Part shown: piece after piece, positions 6,800 to 15,786 of the stretch
Layout: every line of letters begins with the position of its first letter
Numbering within the stretch: the stretch's first letter is position 1
DNA from: Candidatus Krumholzibacteriia bacterium
GTDB lineage: Bacteria > Krumholzibacteriota > Krumholzibacteriia > WVZY01
Assembly (NCBI GenBank): GCA_046754105.1
Contig: JBHHVD010000077.1
Location: 1-15,854, forward strand
Reading direction: 5' to 3'
Length of the DNA: 15,854 nt
The notes under the pieces: model-generated
The model's database searches: none
What the model was told of the DNA's origin: nothing
Seen by the model: the letters and a program-made list of their open reading frames with translations, nothing else
Program-made: the position numbers and the translations under genes

Positions 6800-7597
6800 G
6801 TGAGGGACAAATTGGTTATTGCGTTTATTGGTGACATCGTCGGCAAGGCGGGGCGGCGGACGGTGGCGAACATCGTACCGAGGATCAAAGAGCGCGGGAA
6901 CGTCGACCTCATCGTGGCCAACCTCGAGAACGCCGCCGGCGGATTCGGCATTACGGAAAAGGCGTTCGGCGAGCTGGAGAAGGCCGGCGTCGATTTCTTC
7001 ACCAGCGGCAACCACATCTGGGACAAGAAAGAGGGTGTTGGCCTGCTCAACGTACACGGCAACCTGCTGCGCCCGGCCAACTACCCCGGCAACGCGGACG
7101 GTGTCGGGTACCGGGTCATCGACGTCGGCGAAACGATGGTCGCCATCTTCAACGTGCAGGGACGCGTGTTCCTGCCGCCGATCGACTGCCCGTTTCGCAC
7201 CATGGACCGGCTGCTGCAAGGCATCGGCAACGACTGCGCGGTCAAGCTCGTCGACCTGCACGCCGAGGCGACCAGCGAGAAAATGGCGATGGGTTGGTAC
7301 CTCGACGGCAGGGTGTCGGCGGTTCTCGGCACGCACACGCACGTGCCAACGCGCGACGCGCGTATCCTCCCCGGCGGCACCGGGTACGTCACCGACGTCG
7401 GGATGACCGGGGCGCGTGACTCGGTCCTGGGCGTGTCCAAGGACGTGGCCGTGCGGCGTTTTCTCGAAATGCGGCCGCTGCGCTACCAGGTGGCCAGCAA
7501 GGACCTGGCGGGCGACGTGGTCGTCCTCGATATCGATACGTCCACCGGCAGGACGAAACACATCGAACATATCCAACTCGAGGTGGAGGAACAGTGA
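6800..7597 (+). CDS. ymdB: YmdB/TIGR00282-family metallophosphoesterase
   Basis: GDIVG, NLENAAGGFG, TSGNH, LLRPANYP, DLHAEATSEK, GTHTH and TDVGMTG motifs; GTG start; conserved rny-ymdB order. Confidence 0.95.
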   Translation: MRDKLVIAFIGDIVGKAGRRTVANIVPRIKERGNVDLIVANLENAAGGFGITEKAFGELEKAGVDFFTSGNHIWDKKEGVGLLNVHGNLLRPANYPGNADGVGYRVIDVGETMVAIFNVQGRVFLPPIDCPFRTMDRLLQGIGNDCAVKLVDLHAEATSEKMAMGWYLDGRVSAVLGTHTHVPTRDARILPGGTGYVTDVGMTGARDSVLGVSKDVAVRRFLEMRPLRYQVASKDLAGDVVVLDIDTSTGRTKHIEHIQLEVEEQ

Positions 7598-8478
7598 AGA
7601 TCCTGGACGGCAAGGCGGCGTCGGCCGTAGTGCAGGAACGCGTGAAGGGCCAGGTCTCGAAATTGTCCGGCCGGCCGGTGCTCACCCTGGTACAGGTGGG
7701 CGAGGACCCGGCATCCGCCGTCTACGTGCGGACCAAGATCCGTATGAGCGAGCAGTGCGGGATCGAGTCGCGGTACGTGCATCTGCCCGACGACGTGACC
7801 GAGGCGCGCCTCGTGGAGACACTCGGCGAATTGAGCGGCGACGCGTCGGTCAACGGTATCTTGCTGCAGCTGCCGCTGCCGCCCCACATCGACCAGGACC
7901 GCGCGGTGGGGACGATCGCGCCGATCAAGGACGTCGACGGTTTTCATCCCGAGAACCTCGGCCTTCTCGCCTCCGGCAGGCCCCGTTTCGTACCCTGTAC
8001 TCCGCTGGGCATCGTGGAGCTGATGGCCCAGAACCAGATCTCGACCTCGGGCAAGCGAGCGGCCGTGCTCGGCCGCAGTATCATCGTCGGCAAACCCATC
8101 TCGCTGCTGTTGGCGCTGAAGGGCGAGGGGGGGGATGCGACGGTGACGATTTGCCACAGCCGCACGGCCGACATCGCGGCGGTAACGCGCGAGGCCGATA
8201 TCGTCATCGCGGCCATGGGGCAGCCGCACTTCGTGACGGCCGACATGGTCAAGCAGGGCGCTGTGGTCATCGACGTGGGGATAAACCGCATCGACGATGC
8301 GAGCCGCAAACGGGGTTACCGCCTGGTCGGCGACGTGGATTTCGCCGCGGTCTCGGACAAGGCCTCGGCGATCACGCCGGTTCCGGGCGGCGTGGGCCCG
8401 ATGACCGTCGCCATGCTCATGTCCAATACGCTGAAGGCTTTTTCCCTGCAGGCAGTGGCTTCAAATGCACTTGGGTGA
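7594..8478 (+). CDS. folD: Bifunctional methylenetetrahydrofolate dehydrogenase/cyclohydrolase
   Basis: YVRTK (YxxxK), GILLQLPLP, KDVDGFHP, PCTPLG, GRSIIVGKP, VIDVGINR and TPVPGGVGPMT; GTGA overlap with the ymdB stop; SD GGAGG. Confidence 0.98.
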   Translation: MKILDGKAASAVVQERVKGQVSKLSGRPVLTLVQVGEDPASAVYVRTKIRMSEQCGIESRYVHLPDDVTEARLVETLGELSGDASVNGILLQLPLPPHIDQDRAVGTIAPIKDVDGFHPENLGLLASGRPRFVPCTPLGIVELMAQNQISTSGKRAAVLGRSIIVGKPISLLLALKGEGGDATVTICHSRTADIAAVTREADIVIAAMGQPHFVTADMVKQGAVVIDVGINRIDDASRKRGYRLVGDVDFAAVSDKASAITPVPGGVGPMTVAMLMSNTLKAFSLQAVASNALG

Positions 8479-9688
8479 GCGGGATTATTTCACCGTTTCC
8501 GAGATCAACCGCGAGATCAAGGCGATCCTCGGTCGGCACTACCCCCAGGTTCGCATCGTCGGTGAGATCTCGAACTTCAAACGCCACTCGTCGGGGCACC
8601 TCTATTTCACCCTCAAGGATGCCGAATCACAGCTGAGGGCCACGTGTTTTCGCCGCGACGCGCGCAACCTCGAATTCGAACCGGAAGACGGTGTCAAAGT
8701 CCTGGTCAGCGGCCGGATCACGGTCTACGAACCGTACGGGCAGTACCAGATCGTCGCCTCCCGGATCGAGAAGACCGGCGCGGGCGAGCTGGAGCTCGCC
8801 TTTCGCGCGCTCAAGGAGAAGCTGCAAGCGGAGGGGCTCTTCGACCCCGCACACAAACAACCGCTGCCCGACTACCCGTTCAAGATCGCCGTCGTCACAT
8901 CGCCGACCGGGGCCGCTGTGCGCGACATCATTTCGACCGTTCGCCGGCGGTGGCCCTGTGCGCGGCTGCTCGTCGCGCCCGTCCGCGTGCAGGGAGAGCG
9001 GGCCGCCGGTGAGATCGCGCACGCGCTCTCGCGGCTGCCCGGCGTTGCCGGTCTCGACGTCGTTATCCTCGGGCGCGGCGGCGGCAGCCTCGAGGATTTG
9101 TGGGCGTTCAACGAAGAGGAGGTGGCACGCGCCGTTTACGCGTGCCCGGTGCCGATCGTCAGCGCCGTCGGCCACGAGACCGACTTTACGATCGCCGATT
9201 TCGTCGCGGACGTGCGCGCTGCGACACCGACAATGGCGGCGGAGATCGCGGTACCGGAACTCGACGACGTCCTGGGGGAGCTGGAACGCATGCGGGGTGT
9301 CCTCGTACAAAACGTCCGGGCGGCGATAGAGCATTACCGGCTCCGTCTGCGGGAGCTGCTGCGAAGCTATGCCCTGGGGCAAGTACGCGGCAAACTCGAG
9401 CGATACCTGCAGGCACACGACTACGCGATGGAAAAGCTGCAGCGGCGGATGACGGACGTCGTACGCGCGGCCGGGGCCCGGTGGAGCGAGACCATGACGC
9501 GGCTGCGCGGGCTCGACGCCCGCGCGATCCTGGACCGCGGGTACGCGGTCTGCGCGGATTTGAAGACCGGCGCCGTCATTGGCACGGCGGCGCAAGCGCT
9601 GGAAAGCGTTGACCTGAGGCTGACGTTCCGGGACGGCAGCGTGCACTCGGAAGTGAAGGAGAAACTGGATGGCAAGCACCAAACGTGA
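8465..9688 (+). CDS. xseA: Exodeoxyribonuclease VII large subunit
   Basis: GEISNF..SGHLYFTLKD, VVTSPTGAAVRD, RGGGSLEDLWAFNEE, SAVGHETD and ADVRAATPT motifs; overlaps folD by 14 nt. Confidence 0.98.
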   Translation: MHLGERDYFTVSEINREIKAILGRHYPQVRIVGEISNFKRHSSGHLYFTLKDAESQLRATCFRRDARNLEFEPEDGVKVLVSGRITVYEPYGQYQIVASRIEKTGAGELELAFRALKEKLQAEGLFDPAHKQPLPDYPFKIAVVTSPTGAAVRDIISTVRRRWPCARLLVAPVRVQGERAAGEIAHALSRLPGVAGLDVVILGRGGGSLEDLWAFNEEEVARAVYACPVPIVSAVGHETDFTIADFVADVRAATPTMAAEIAVPELDDVLGELERMRGVLVQNVRAAIEHYRLRLRELLRSYALGQVRGKLERYLQAHDYAMEKLQRRMTDVVRAAGARWSETMTRLRGLDARAILDRGYAVCADLKTGAVIGTAAQALESVDLRLTFRDGSVHSEVKEKLDGKHQT

Positions 9689-9902
9689 TTTCGAAGGGTC
9701 GATGGAGAAACTCGAAAAGATCGTCTCGGAGCTGGAGAGCGGAGATTTCTCCCTGGCCGACTCTATGAAAAAGTTCGAGGAGGGCCTGAAGCTCGGAAGC
9801 GCGTGCAAGGAAATGCTCGACAAAGCGGAAGAAAAAGTGAGATTGCTCGTCGAGAACGATCACGGCGACCTGGAAGAAAGGGAAGCGGGGGATGAGCTCT
9901 AA
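9669..9902 (+). CDS. xseB: Exodeoxyribonuclease VII small subunit
   Basis: FEGSMEKLEKIVSELESGDFSLADSMKKFEEGLKL...C...L..AEEKV; follows xseA; SD AGGAG. Confidence 0.97.
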   Translation: MASTKRDFEGSMEKLEKIVSELESGDFSLADSMKKFEEGLKLGSACKEMLDKAEEKVRLLVENDHGDLEEREAGDEL

Positions 9903-10809
9903 CGGCAGCGGTGTGCCGGTCGGTTTCGACGCAAGTGTGGCCGGCGAGCGGCGGCGTATCGAGGCGCGCTGCGCCGAACTGGTGGCGCGGATGCTGGATG
10001 GTGCGCCGAACGTGCGCGAGGCCGTCGAGTATGCGCTGCTCGGCGGCGGCAAACGCCTGCGGCCGCTCCTGTGCCTGTGGACACACGAGGCCTGCGGCGG
10101 CCGCAACGACACCGCGTGCCTGGACACGGCCTGCGCCGTCGAGTGCCTGCATACCTATTCGCTGGTCCACGACGACCTGCCGTGCATGGACGACGACGAC
10201 ATGCGGCGCGGGCGCGCGAGTTGCCATAAACGCTTCGGCGAGGCCATCGCGGTGCTGGCCGGGGACGCGCTGCTGACCCTGTGCTTCGAGATACTGACGA
10301 CGGTGAGTCCGCGCGCGCCGCTGGATGCGGAAGCGGTGGGAGAGGTGTCACGCATCATCGCGGCGGCCGCCGGGGGGGGCGGCTTGATCGGCGGTCAGGC
10401 GCTGGACCTCTCGGGAGAGCATCTGGAGGATTCGCTGGAAACGGTGGAGCGCATCCATCGCGGCAAGACGGCGGCCCTGATCGGGGCGGCCATGGAGAGC
10501 GGCGCCGTCCTGGCGGGTGTGGATGCGGTACGGCGGGGGCGGGTGCGGGAAGCCGGGCTTCTGGCGGGGCTGGCGTTCCAGATCGTCGACGACCTCCTCG
10601 ACCTCAGCGCGGATGGGGAGACCCTGGGCAAGACGCCCGGCAAGGATGCCAGGGACGGCAAGCTCACCTACCCGGCAATCGCCGGGGTGGAGGCCGCCGC
10701 CGCGCGGGCGAACGAGCTCATCTCCCAGGCCAGGGCCCTCCTCGAGGGCGAGAGCGGCGCCGGGCGGCTCGTCGCACTGCTCGATAGCATGGTGCGGCGT
10801 TCGAATTAG
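9892..10809 (+). CDS. ispA: Short-chain trans-prenyltransferase (farnesyl-diphosphate synthase/geranyltranstransferase)
   Basis: GGKRLRP, FARM HTYSLVHDDLPCMD..RRG with Tyr five residues before the first Asp (FPP-type), GQALD, KTAAL, SARM FQIVDDLLD and GKTPGKD..K.TYP; xseB-ispA-dxs synteny. Confidence 0.92.
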   Translation: MSSNGSGVPVGFDASVAGERRRIEARCAELVARMLDGAPNVREAVEYALLGGGKRLRPLLCLWTHEACGGRNDTACLDTACAVECLHTYSLVHDDLPCMDDDDMRRGRASCHKRFGEAIAVLAGDALLTLCFEILTTVSPRAPLDAEAVGEVSRIIAAAAGGGGLIGGQALDLSGEHLEDSLETVERIHRGKTAALIGAAMESGAVLAGVDAVRRGRVREAGLLAGLAFQIVDDLLDLSADGETLGKTPGKDARDGKLTYPAIAGVEAAAARANELISQARALLEGESGAGRLVALLDSMVRRSN

Positions 10810-10827
10810 CGAACAGGAGATGTCCGG

Positions 10828-11253
10828 TTGCTGGAACTGATTCGATCCCAGCCCTTTTTGGTTGCCATCACGGCGGGGGCCTGTGCACAATTCCTCAAAG
10901 TCCTTTCTTTTCTCATGTTGGAAAAAAGAGTAAACTATAAGCGGTTTGTGCAGACCGACGGGGCCCCCAATATGCACAGTGCGGCGTTCTCGGCGCTGAC
11001 CGCCGCCGTCGGTATGGGCGAAGGCGTTGATTCCCTTGCATTTGCCTTTGCGGTGTGCGTGACCGCCATCATCCTGGTGGATACCATGAACGTCAAGAAC
11101 GCGACGTCCCGACAGAAAGAAGCGGTGCTCCTGCTGCTGGACCGGCTTCGCAAGCGGCCCGATCCGAACCCCGATCAGAAGCGCCTCTCGTACACGCCCC
11201 TGGACGTGCTCAGCGGCATGGTGATGGGTGTGACCCTGGCGTTTCTTATTTAG
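10828..11253 (+). CDS. DUF212 / divergent PAP2-family membrane protein (YuiD-like), with altered motifs
   Basis: 141 aa, TTG start with AGGAGA SD at 10815-10820; AQFLK, (D)GAPNMHSA, FAFAV...VD..NVK and SYTPLDVLSG align with DUF212 AQxxK, GGMPSSHSA, YDAxGVR and GHTPxEVxxG; this family commonly follows ispA/crtE. Confidence 0.82.
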   Translation: MLELIRSQPFLVAITAGACAQFLKVLSFLMLEKRVNYKRFVQTDGAPNMHSAAFSALTAAVGMGEGVDSLAFAFAVCVTAIILVDTMNVKNATSRQKEAVLLLLDRLRKRPDPNPDQKRLSYTPLDVLSGMVMGVTLAFLI

Positions 11254-11269
11254 CCGAAGGAATCCCGGT

Positions 11270-13189
11270 ATGGCCAAGTTCCTCGATCACATCGACTCAC
11301 CGGCGGACCTGAAGAAACTCCCGGCCGGGCAGCTGCCCGTGCTGGCCGACGAGTTGCGCCGCGAGATCATCCGCGTGATCGCCCGCAACGGTGGGCACCT
11401 GGGAGCGAGCCTGGGCACGGTCGAGCTGACCGTCGCGCTGCACTACGTCTTCGATGCCCCGCGCGACCGCATCGTGTGGGACGTCGGGCACCAGGCGCAC
11501 GGCCACAAGATCCTCACCGACCGCAGAGAGGTATTTCACACGATTCGTACCAAGGACGGTATCAGCGGCTTTCCCAGCCGGAGCGAGAGCGAGTACGACA
11601 CCTTCGGTGTCGGACACGCCAGCACCGCAATCAGCGCGGCCCTCGGCATGGCCGTGGCGAGGGACCTGGCACGCAAGCGCCACCACGTCGTCGCCGTCGT
11701 CGGTGACGGGGCGCTCACCGGCGGTATCGCGTTCGAGGGGATCAACAACACCGGCATCCTCGGGTCCGACATGCTCGTCATCCTCAACGACAACAAGATG
11801 TCGATCGCGAAGAACGTGGGCGCGCTGTCCAGTTACCTGACGCGGGTGACGTCGGGCAAGGTCTACAACCGTTTTGAGGCGGACGTTTGGGAACTGCTCG
11901 GCCTCATTCCCAAACTGGGAGGGAAGACGCGCCGCCTGGCGCGCCGTATAAAGGAAAGTATCAAGAATCTCATCGTGCCCGGGATCATCTTCGAAGAGCT
12001 GGGGTTTCGCTATTTCGGACCGGTGGACGGGCATAACGTCGAGTTTCTCGTAAAGACCTTGCGGGACCTCAAGCACATCAGGGGTCCGGTGCTCTTGCAC
12101 GTGATTACGGAAAAGGGAAAGGGCGTGGAACGGGTGGACAAGGACTCGCAGCGTTTTCACGCGGTGAGCAGCTTTGGCAAGGTCCCCGGCGACCGACCCA
12201 AGAACACGGGCGGCCCTCCGGCGTACACGAGCATCGTCGGCAAGACGATCGTGGAGCTTGGTCACGACAACAAGAAGATCGTTGCTATCACCGCGGCCAT
12301 GCCGGACGGGACGGGCCTGGCGGCTTTTGCGGCGGAGTTTCCAAAACGGTTCTTCGACGTGGGGATCGCCGAGCAGCACGCCATTACTTTCTCCGGGGGA
12401 CTGTCAACGGAAGGTTACATACCGGTGGCGGCGATCTACTCGACCTTTTTGCAGCGCGCGTACGACCAGATCATTCATGACGTCGGCATTCAGCGCCTGC
12501 CCGTACGCTTCATCATGGACCGGGCCGGTGTGGTCGGTGAGGACGGTCCCACGCACCACGGAGTGTTCGACATCAGCTACCTGCGTTGTGTGCCGAACTT
12601 CGTGCTGATGGCGCCGCGGGACGAGAACGAGCTGCGGCACATGATGCGGACCATGATTGATTACGGCGAGGGCCCGATCGCCCTCCGTATCCCTCGGGGC
12701 AGCGGCGTCGGCGTACAGATGGACGCGGAGATGAAATCCCTGTCCATCGGCAAGGCCGAAGTGCTGCGCGAGGGCAAGGACGTGTTGTTTCTTGCCTACG
12801 GCACGTGTGTCTACCCGGCGCTGGAAGCAGCGTCGCTCCTCGACAGGCACCGTGTCCACTCCACGGTCGTGAACGCTCGTTTCGCCAAGCCGATCGATAC
12901 TGACTTGATCGACGTCCTCTTGCAATCCGAGCCGCTGGTCATCACGGCGGAAGAGAACGTGCTCTCCGGCGGGTTCGGTTCCGGCGTGCTGCAGCACCTC
13001 TCGGAGATCGGCTACGACACGGGCCGGGTCAAGATGCTCGGCGTCCCGGACCGGTTTATCGAGCATGCCCCGCGGGGTGACCTGCTCGTCGAGTGCGGCC
13101 TGACCGCCGAGAACTTCGCGCAGACGGCGCTGGACATGTTGCAGACGGGCAAACGTGTCTTTGACTCCGTAAAAGACAAGTCCGCCTGA
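11270..13189 (+). CDS. dxs: 1-deoxy-D-xylulose-5-phosphate synthase
   Basis: GGHLGASLG, WDVGHQ, GHASTAISA, ThDP motif GDGALTGG..EGINN..LNDN, DVGIAEQH, YSTFLQRAYDQ and DRAG..GEDGPTHHG. Confidence 0.99.
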   Translation: MAKFLDHIDSPADLKKLPAGQLPVLADELRREIIRVIARNGGHLGASLGTVELTVALHYVFDAPRDRIVWDVGHQAHGHKILTDRREVFHTIRTKDGISGFPSRSESEYDTFGVGHASTAISAALGMAVARDLARKRHHVVAVVGDGALTGGIAFEGINNTGILGSDMLVILNDNKMSIAKNVGALSSYLTRVTSGKVYNRFEADVWELLGLIPKLGGKTRRLARRIKESIKNLIVPGIIFEELGFRYFGPVDGHNVEFLVKTLRDLKHIRGPVLLHVITEKGKGVERVDKDSQRFHAVSSFGKVPGDRPKNTGGPPAYTSIVGKTIVELGHDNKKIVAITAAMPDGTGLAAFAAEFPKRFFDVGIAEQHAITFSGGLSTEGYIPVAAIYSTFLQRAYDQIIHDVGIQRLPVRFIMDRAGVVGEDGPTHHGVFDISYLRCVPNFVLMAPRDENELRHMMRTMIDYGEGPIALRIPRGSGVGVQMDAEMKSLSIGKAEVLREGKDVLFLAYGTCVYPALEAASLLDRHRVHSTVVNARFAKPIDTDLIDVLLQSEPLVITAEENVLSGGFGSGVLQHLSEIGYDTGRVKMLGVPDRFIEHAPRGDLLVECGLTAENFAQTALDMLQTGKRVFDSVKDKSA

Positions 13190-13218
13190 GCCCGCGAAAA
13201 ACAATTGGGAACACCAGC

Positions 13219-14061
13219 ATGAATCAGCACACGTATCGGCGGATCGGAGTCGCCGCAAACCTCGACAAGAAAGACGTCGCCGGCCTGCTCGAAGGGTTTA
13301 TTCCCGGTCTGGTCGCGGCCGGCTTCGAGGTGTTCGTTACCGAGAAGCTCCATGCATTCCTCGGGCCGCGGGACGGGATCGCGGCCGGCATTCCCGGCGA
13401 CTGCGACCTGATCGCCGCTCTCGGTGGCGACGGCACCATCCTGCGGGTCGCACGCGAGTACGAGGAAGTCGAAACCCCCATCCTGGGCATAAAGGCCGGG
13501 CGGCTGGGGTTTCTGACCGAGACGCTGAGCGATTCGACGATCCAGCAGATCAAGGACGGGCAATTCGAGATCCAGAAACGGATGCGCGTCCGCGCAAAGA
13601 TCGTGGAGGGGACCCGAATCGTAGAGACGTTTACCGCGCTCAACGACATCGTCATCCACATCGGCGGTTTCTCGCGCATGGTGGCGCTACGGGCCGAGGT
13701 GGACGGCGCCGGCATGCGTGATTTCTCGGCCGACGGTGTCATTCTCGCCACGCCGACCGGATCGACGGCGTATTCGCTTTCGGCCGGCGGGCCGGTGCTC
13801 TCGCCGACGATCCAGGCCATCCTCGTAACCCCGCTTTCACCGCACACGCTCAGCCACCGTCCGGTCATCCTCGACCCCGAGGCGCACGTGACCGTTCGCA
13901 TCCTCTCACCGTCCCCGGACATTCGGGTGACGGTGGACGGCCAGGTGGGCGTAGACCTCGCGGAGACCCAGCACGTAGTTGTCGAGCGTAGCCCGCGGTC
14001 GACTTGCCTCTTGGTCCCGCGCGGGTACGATTTCTTCAATCTCCTGCGGGAAAAGCTCTAA
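13219..14061 (+). CDS. nadK: NAD(+) kinase
   Basis: LGGDGTIL, GRLGFL, LND, DGVILATPTGSTAYSLSAGGP and VDGQ motifs; precedes recN. Confidence 0.96.
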   Translation: MNQHTYRRIGVAANLDKKDVAGLLEGFIPGLVAAGFEVFVTEKLHAFLGPRDGIAAGIPGDCDLIAALGGDGTILRVAREYEEVETPILGIKAGRLGFLTETLSDSTIQQIKDGQFEIQKRMRVRAKIVEGTRIVETFTALNDIVIHIGGFSRMVALRAEVDGAGMRDFSADGVILATPTGSTAYSLSAGGPVLSPTIQAILVTPLSPHTLSHRPVILDPEAHVTVRILSPSPDIRVTVDGQVGVDLAETQHVVVERSPRSTCLLVPRGYDFFNLLREKL

Positions 14062-14067
14062 GCGCGC

Positions 14068-15786
14068 ATGCTGCGGCGACTCCGCATCCAGAACCTCGCG
14101 GTGGTCGAGGAGGCAAACCTCGAGTTCGTCGACGGTCTCAACGTGCTCACCGGATCGACCGGGGCGGGGAAATCGCTGATCCTCGGTGCGGTGAACATCC
14201 TGCTCGGCGAACGAAGCGGCGCACGCGCGATACGAGCCGGTGAGGACGAGGCGATCGTCGAGGGCGAGTTCGTCCTGGGCGAGCCCGTGCCGGCCGCGCT
14301 GCTTGCGGGCGGGCACAGTGGCGCCCGCGTGACGCTGCGGCGCCAGATCCACCGCAGCGGACGCAGCTTTGCGTTCATAAACGAACGTCCGCAACCGCTC
14401 AAGAAACTACAGGAAATCGCCCGCCAGCTGATCGAGCCCCACGGGCAGAACGAACAGCTGCAGCTACGCCACGAAGAGAGCCACGTCGTCTACGTCGACA
14501 AGCTGGCGGGGAACGGCCAGCGCCTGGCCGCCTACGGGGAAGCGCTCGCCGCGTACCGCCGGGCCAGCGGGCGTCTCGATGACTTCGACCGTAAGCTCGC
14601 CATCGTCAAAGAGAAGAAAGAACTCCTCGAGCACCGGCTGCAGGAGGTCGGGCGTGCGCGTCTGCGCCCCGGCGAGAAGGAAGAGCTCGAAGGCTCCGTT
14701 CGGCTGATGGAGAACGCGCAGGAAATCTACCGCGCACTCGGGGAGGCCTGCGAGCTCATCTACGACGATGAAGAGTCCGCGGTGACCGCCGTGGCACGGG
14801 CGCGCAAGGGTATCGAACGTATCGCCGACCTGGACAGCCGGTTTTCGGGTGTCGTGTCGGCGCTGGACGGCGCCGAGATCACCCTCAAGGAGACGGCCTC
14901 GGAATTGAGGACCCTGGTGGACTCCCTGGAGTTCGACCCGGCGCGCCTCGAGGAAATGCAGGAACGCCTGGCGTATATCACGGGGCTCGAGCGGCGCTAC
15001 CAGGCGCCGGTGTCCGGGTTGATCGAGGAGAGCGAACGATGGAAGGCGGAACTCGAAGCGCTCGCCTTCGAGGACGAAGAGCGCTCGAAGCTCGAGGACG
15101 AATGCCGGAAACGTCTGGCGACGACGAGGGAAGCCGCGCTGGCGCTCGGGCGGGCGCGCAGGGAGGCCGCGGCGAAGCTCGACAGGACCATGAGCGCGCA
15201 GCTCGGGCGCCTCATGATGCGGGGGGCGGCGTTTCGGACCGGCGTCACACTCCATCGCGAGGACGGTGGTGAGCTGGTAATGGACGGTGAACCGGTGCGC
15301 CTGCACGCAGACGGTATCGACCACGTGGTGTTTTACGTGCGGACCAACCCGGGCGAGGCGGAAGGCGGGGTCGGTGAGATCGCCTCGAGCGGAGAGCTCT
15401 CACGCATCGCGCTGGCGCTCAAGACAGCGGTCAGCATGGGACGGGAGGGAAGCGTGCTCGTTTTCGACGAACTGGACGCCGGTGTCGGCGCCGACCTCGG
15501 TGGGGTGATCGCCGGCAAGCTCGATACGCTCTCCCGCGCCTACCAGATCATCTGTATCACCCACATGCCCCAGATTGCCGCGCGCGCCGGGCGCCATCTC
15601 GTGGTCAGCAAACGCACGTCGGCCGGGCGCACGTCGGCCGGTGTCACCGCAGTCGATGGCGAGGTCCGTCTCAAGGAGATTGCACGCATGCTCGGAGGCG
15701 GCGACGGCAGCCAGAAAAGGCTGGCGCTCGCACGCGAAATGCTGCATGCTCAACCCGACAAGCCATCCAAACGTGTGCGCCCGTAG
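14068..15786 (+). CDS. recN: DNA repair protein RecN
   Basis: Walker A GSTGAGKS, Q-loop HGQNEQ, long coiled coil, NPGE..IASSGELSRIALALK, Walker B VFDELDAG, ITHMPQIAA and EIARMLGG. The stop TAG 15784-15786 lies within the tRNA gene. Confidence 0.97.
   Translation: MLRRLRIQNLAVVEEANLEFVDGLNVLTGSTGAGKSLILGAVNILLGERSGARAIRAGEDEAIVEGEFVLGEPVPAALLAGGHSGARVTLRRQIHRSGRSFAFINERPQPLKKLQEIARQLIEPHGQNEQLQLRHEESHVVYVDKLAGNGQRLAAYGEALAAYRRASGRLDDFDRKLAIVKEKKELLEHRLQEVGRARLRPGEKEELEGSVRLMENAQEIYRALGEACELIYDDEESAVTAVARARKGIERIADLDSRFSGVVSALDGAEITLKETASELRTLVDSLEFDPARLEEMQERLAYITGLERRYQAPVSGLIEESERWKAELEALAFEDEERSKLEDECRKRLATTREAALALGRARREAAAKLDRTMSAQLGRLMMRGAAFRTGVTLHREDGGELVMDGEPVRLHADGIDHVVFYVRTNPGEAEGGVGEIASSGELSRIALALKTAVSMGREGSVLVFDELDAGVGADLGGVIAGKLDTLSRAYQIICITHMPQIAARAGRHLVVSKRTSAGRTSAGVTAVDGEVRLKEIARMLGGGDGSQKRLALAREMLHAQPDKPSKRVRP

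Noticed and set aside
10890..10940. A/T-rich patch in the DUF212 gene as an internal promoter for dxs (TAAACT at 10931-10936)
   Set aside because: There is no credible -35 at 16-18 bp and no extended -10; Phe/Leu/Lys codons can explain the patch.
14040..14070. SOS/LexA box upstream of recN
   Set aside because: The nadK-recN gap is only 6 nt, and I recognise no LexA-type palindrome there.
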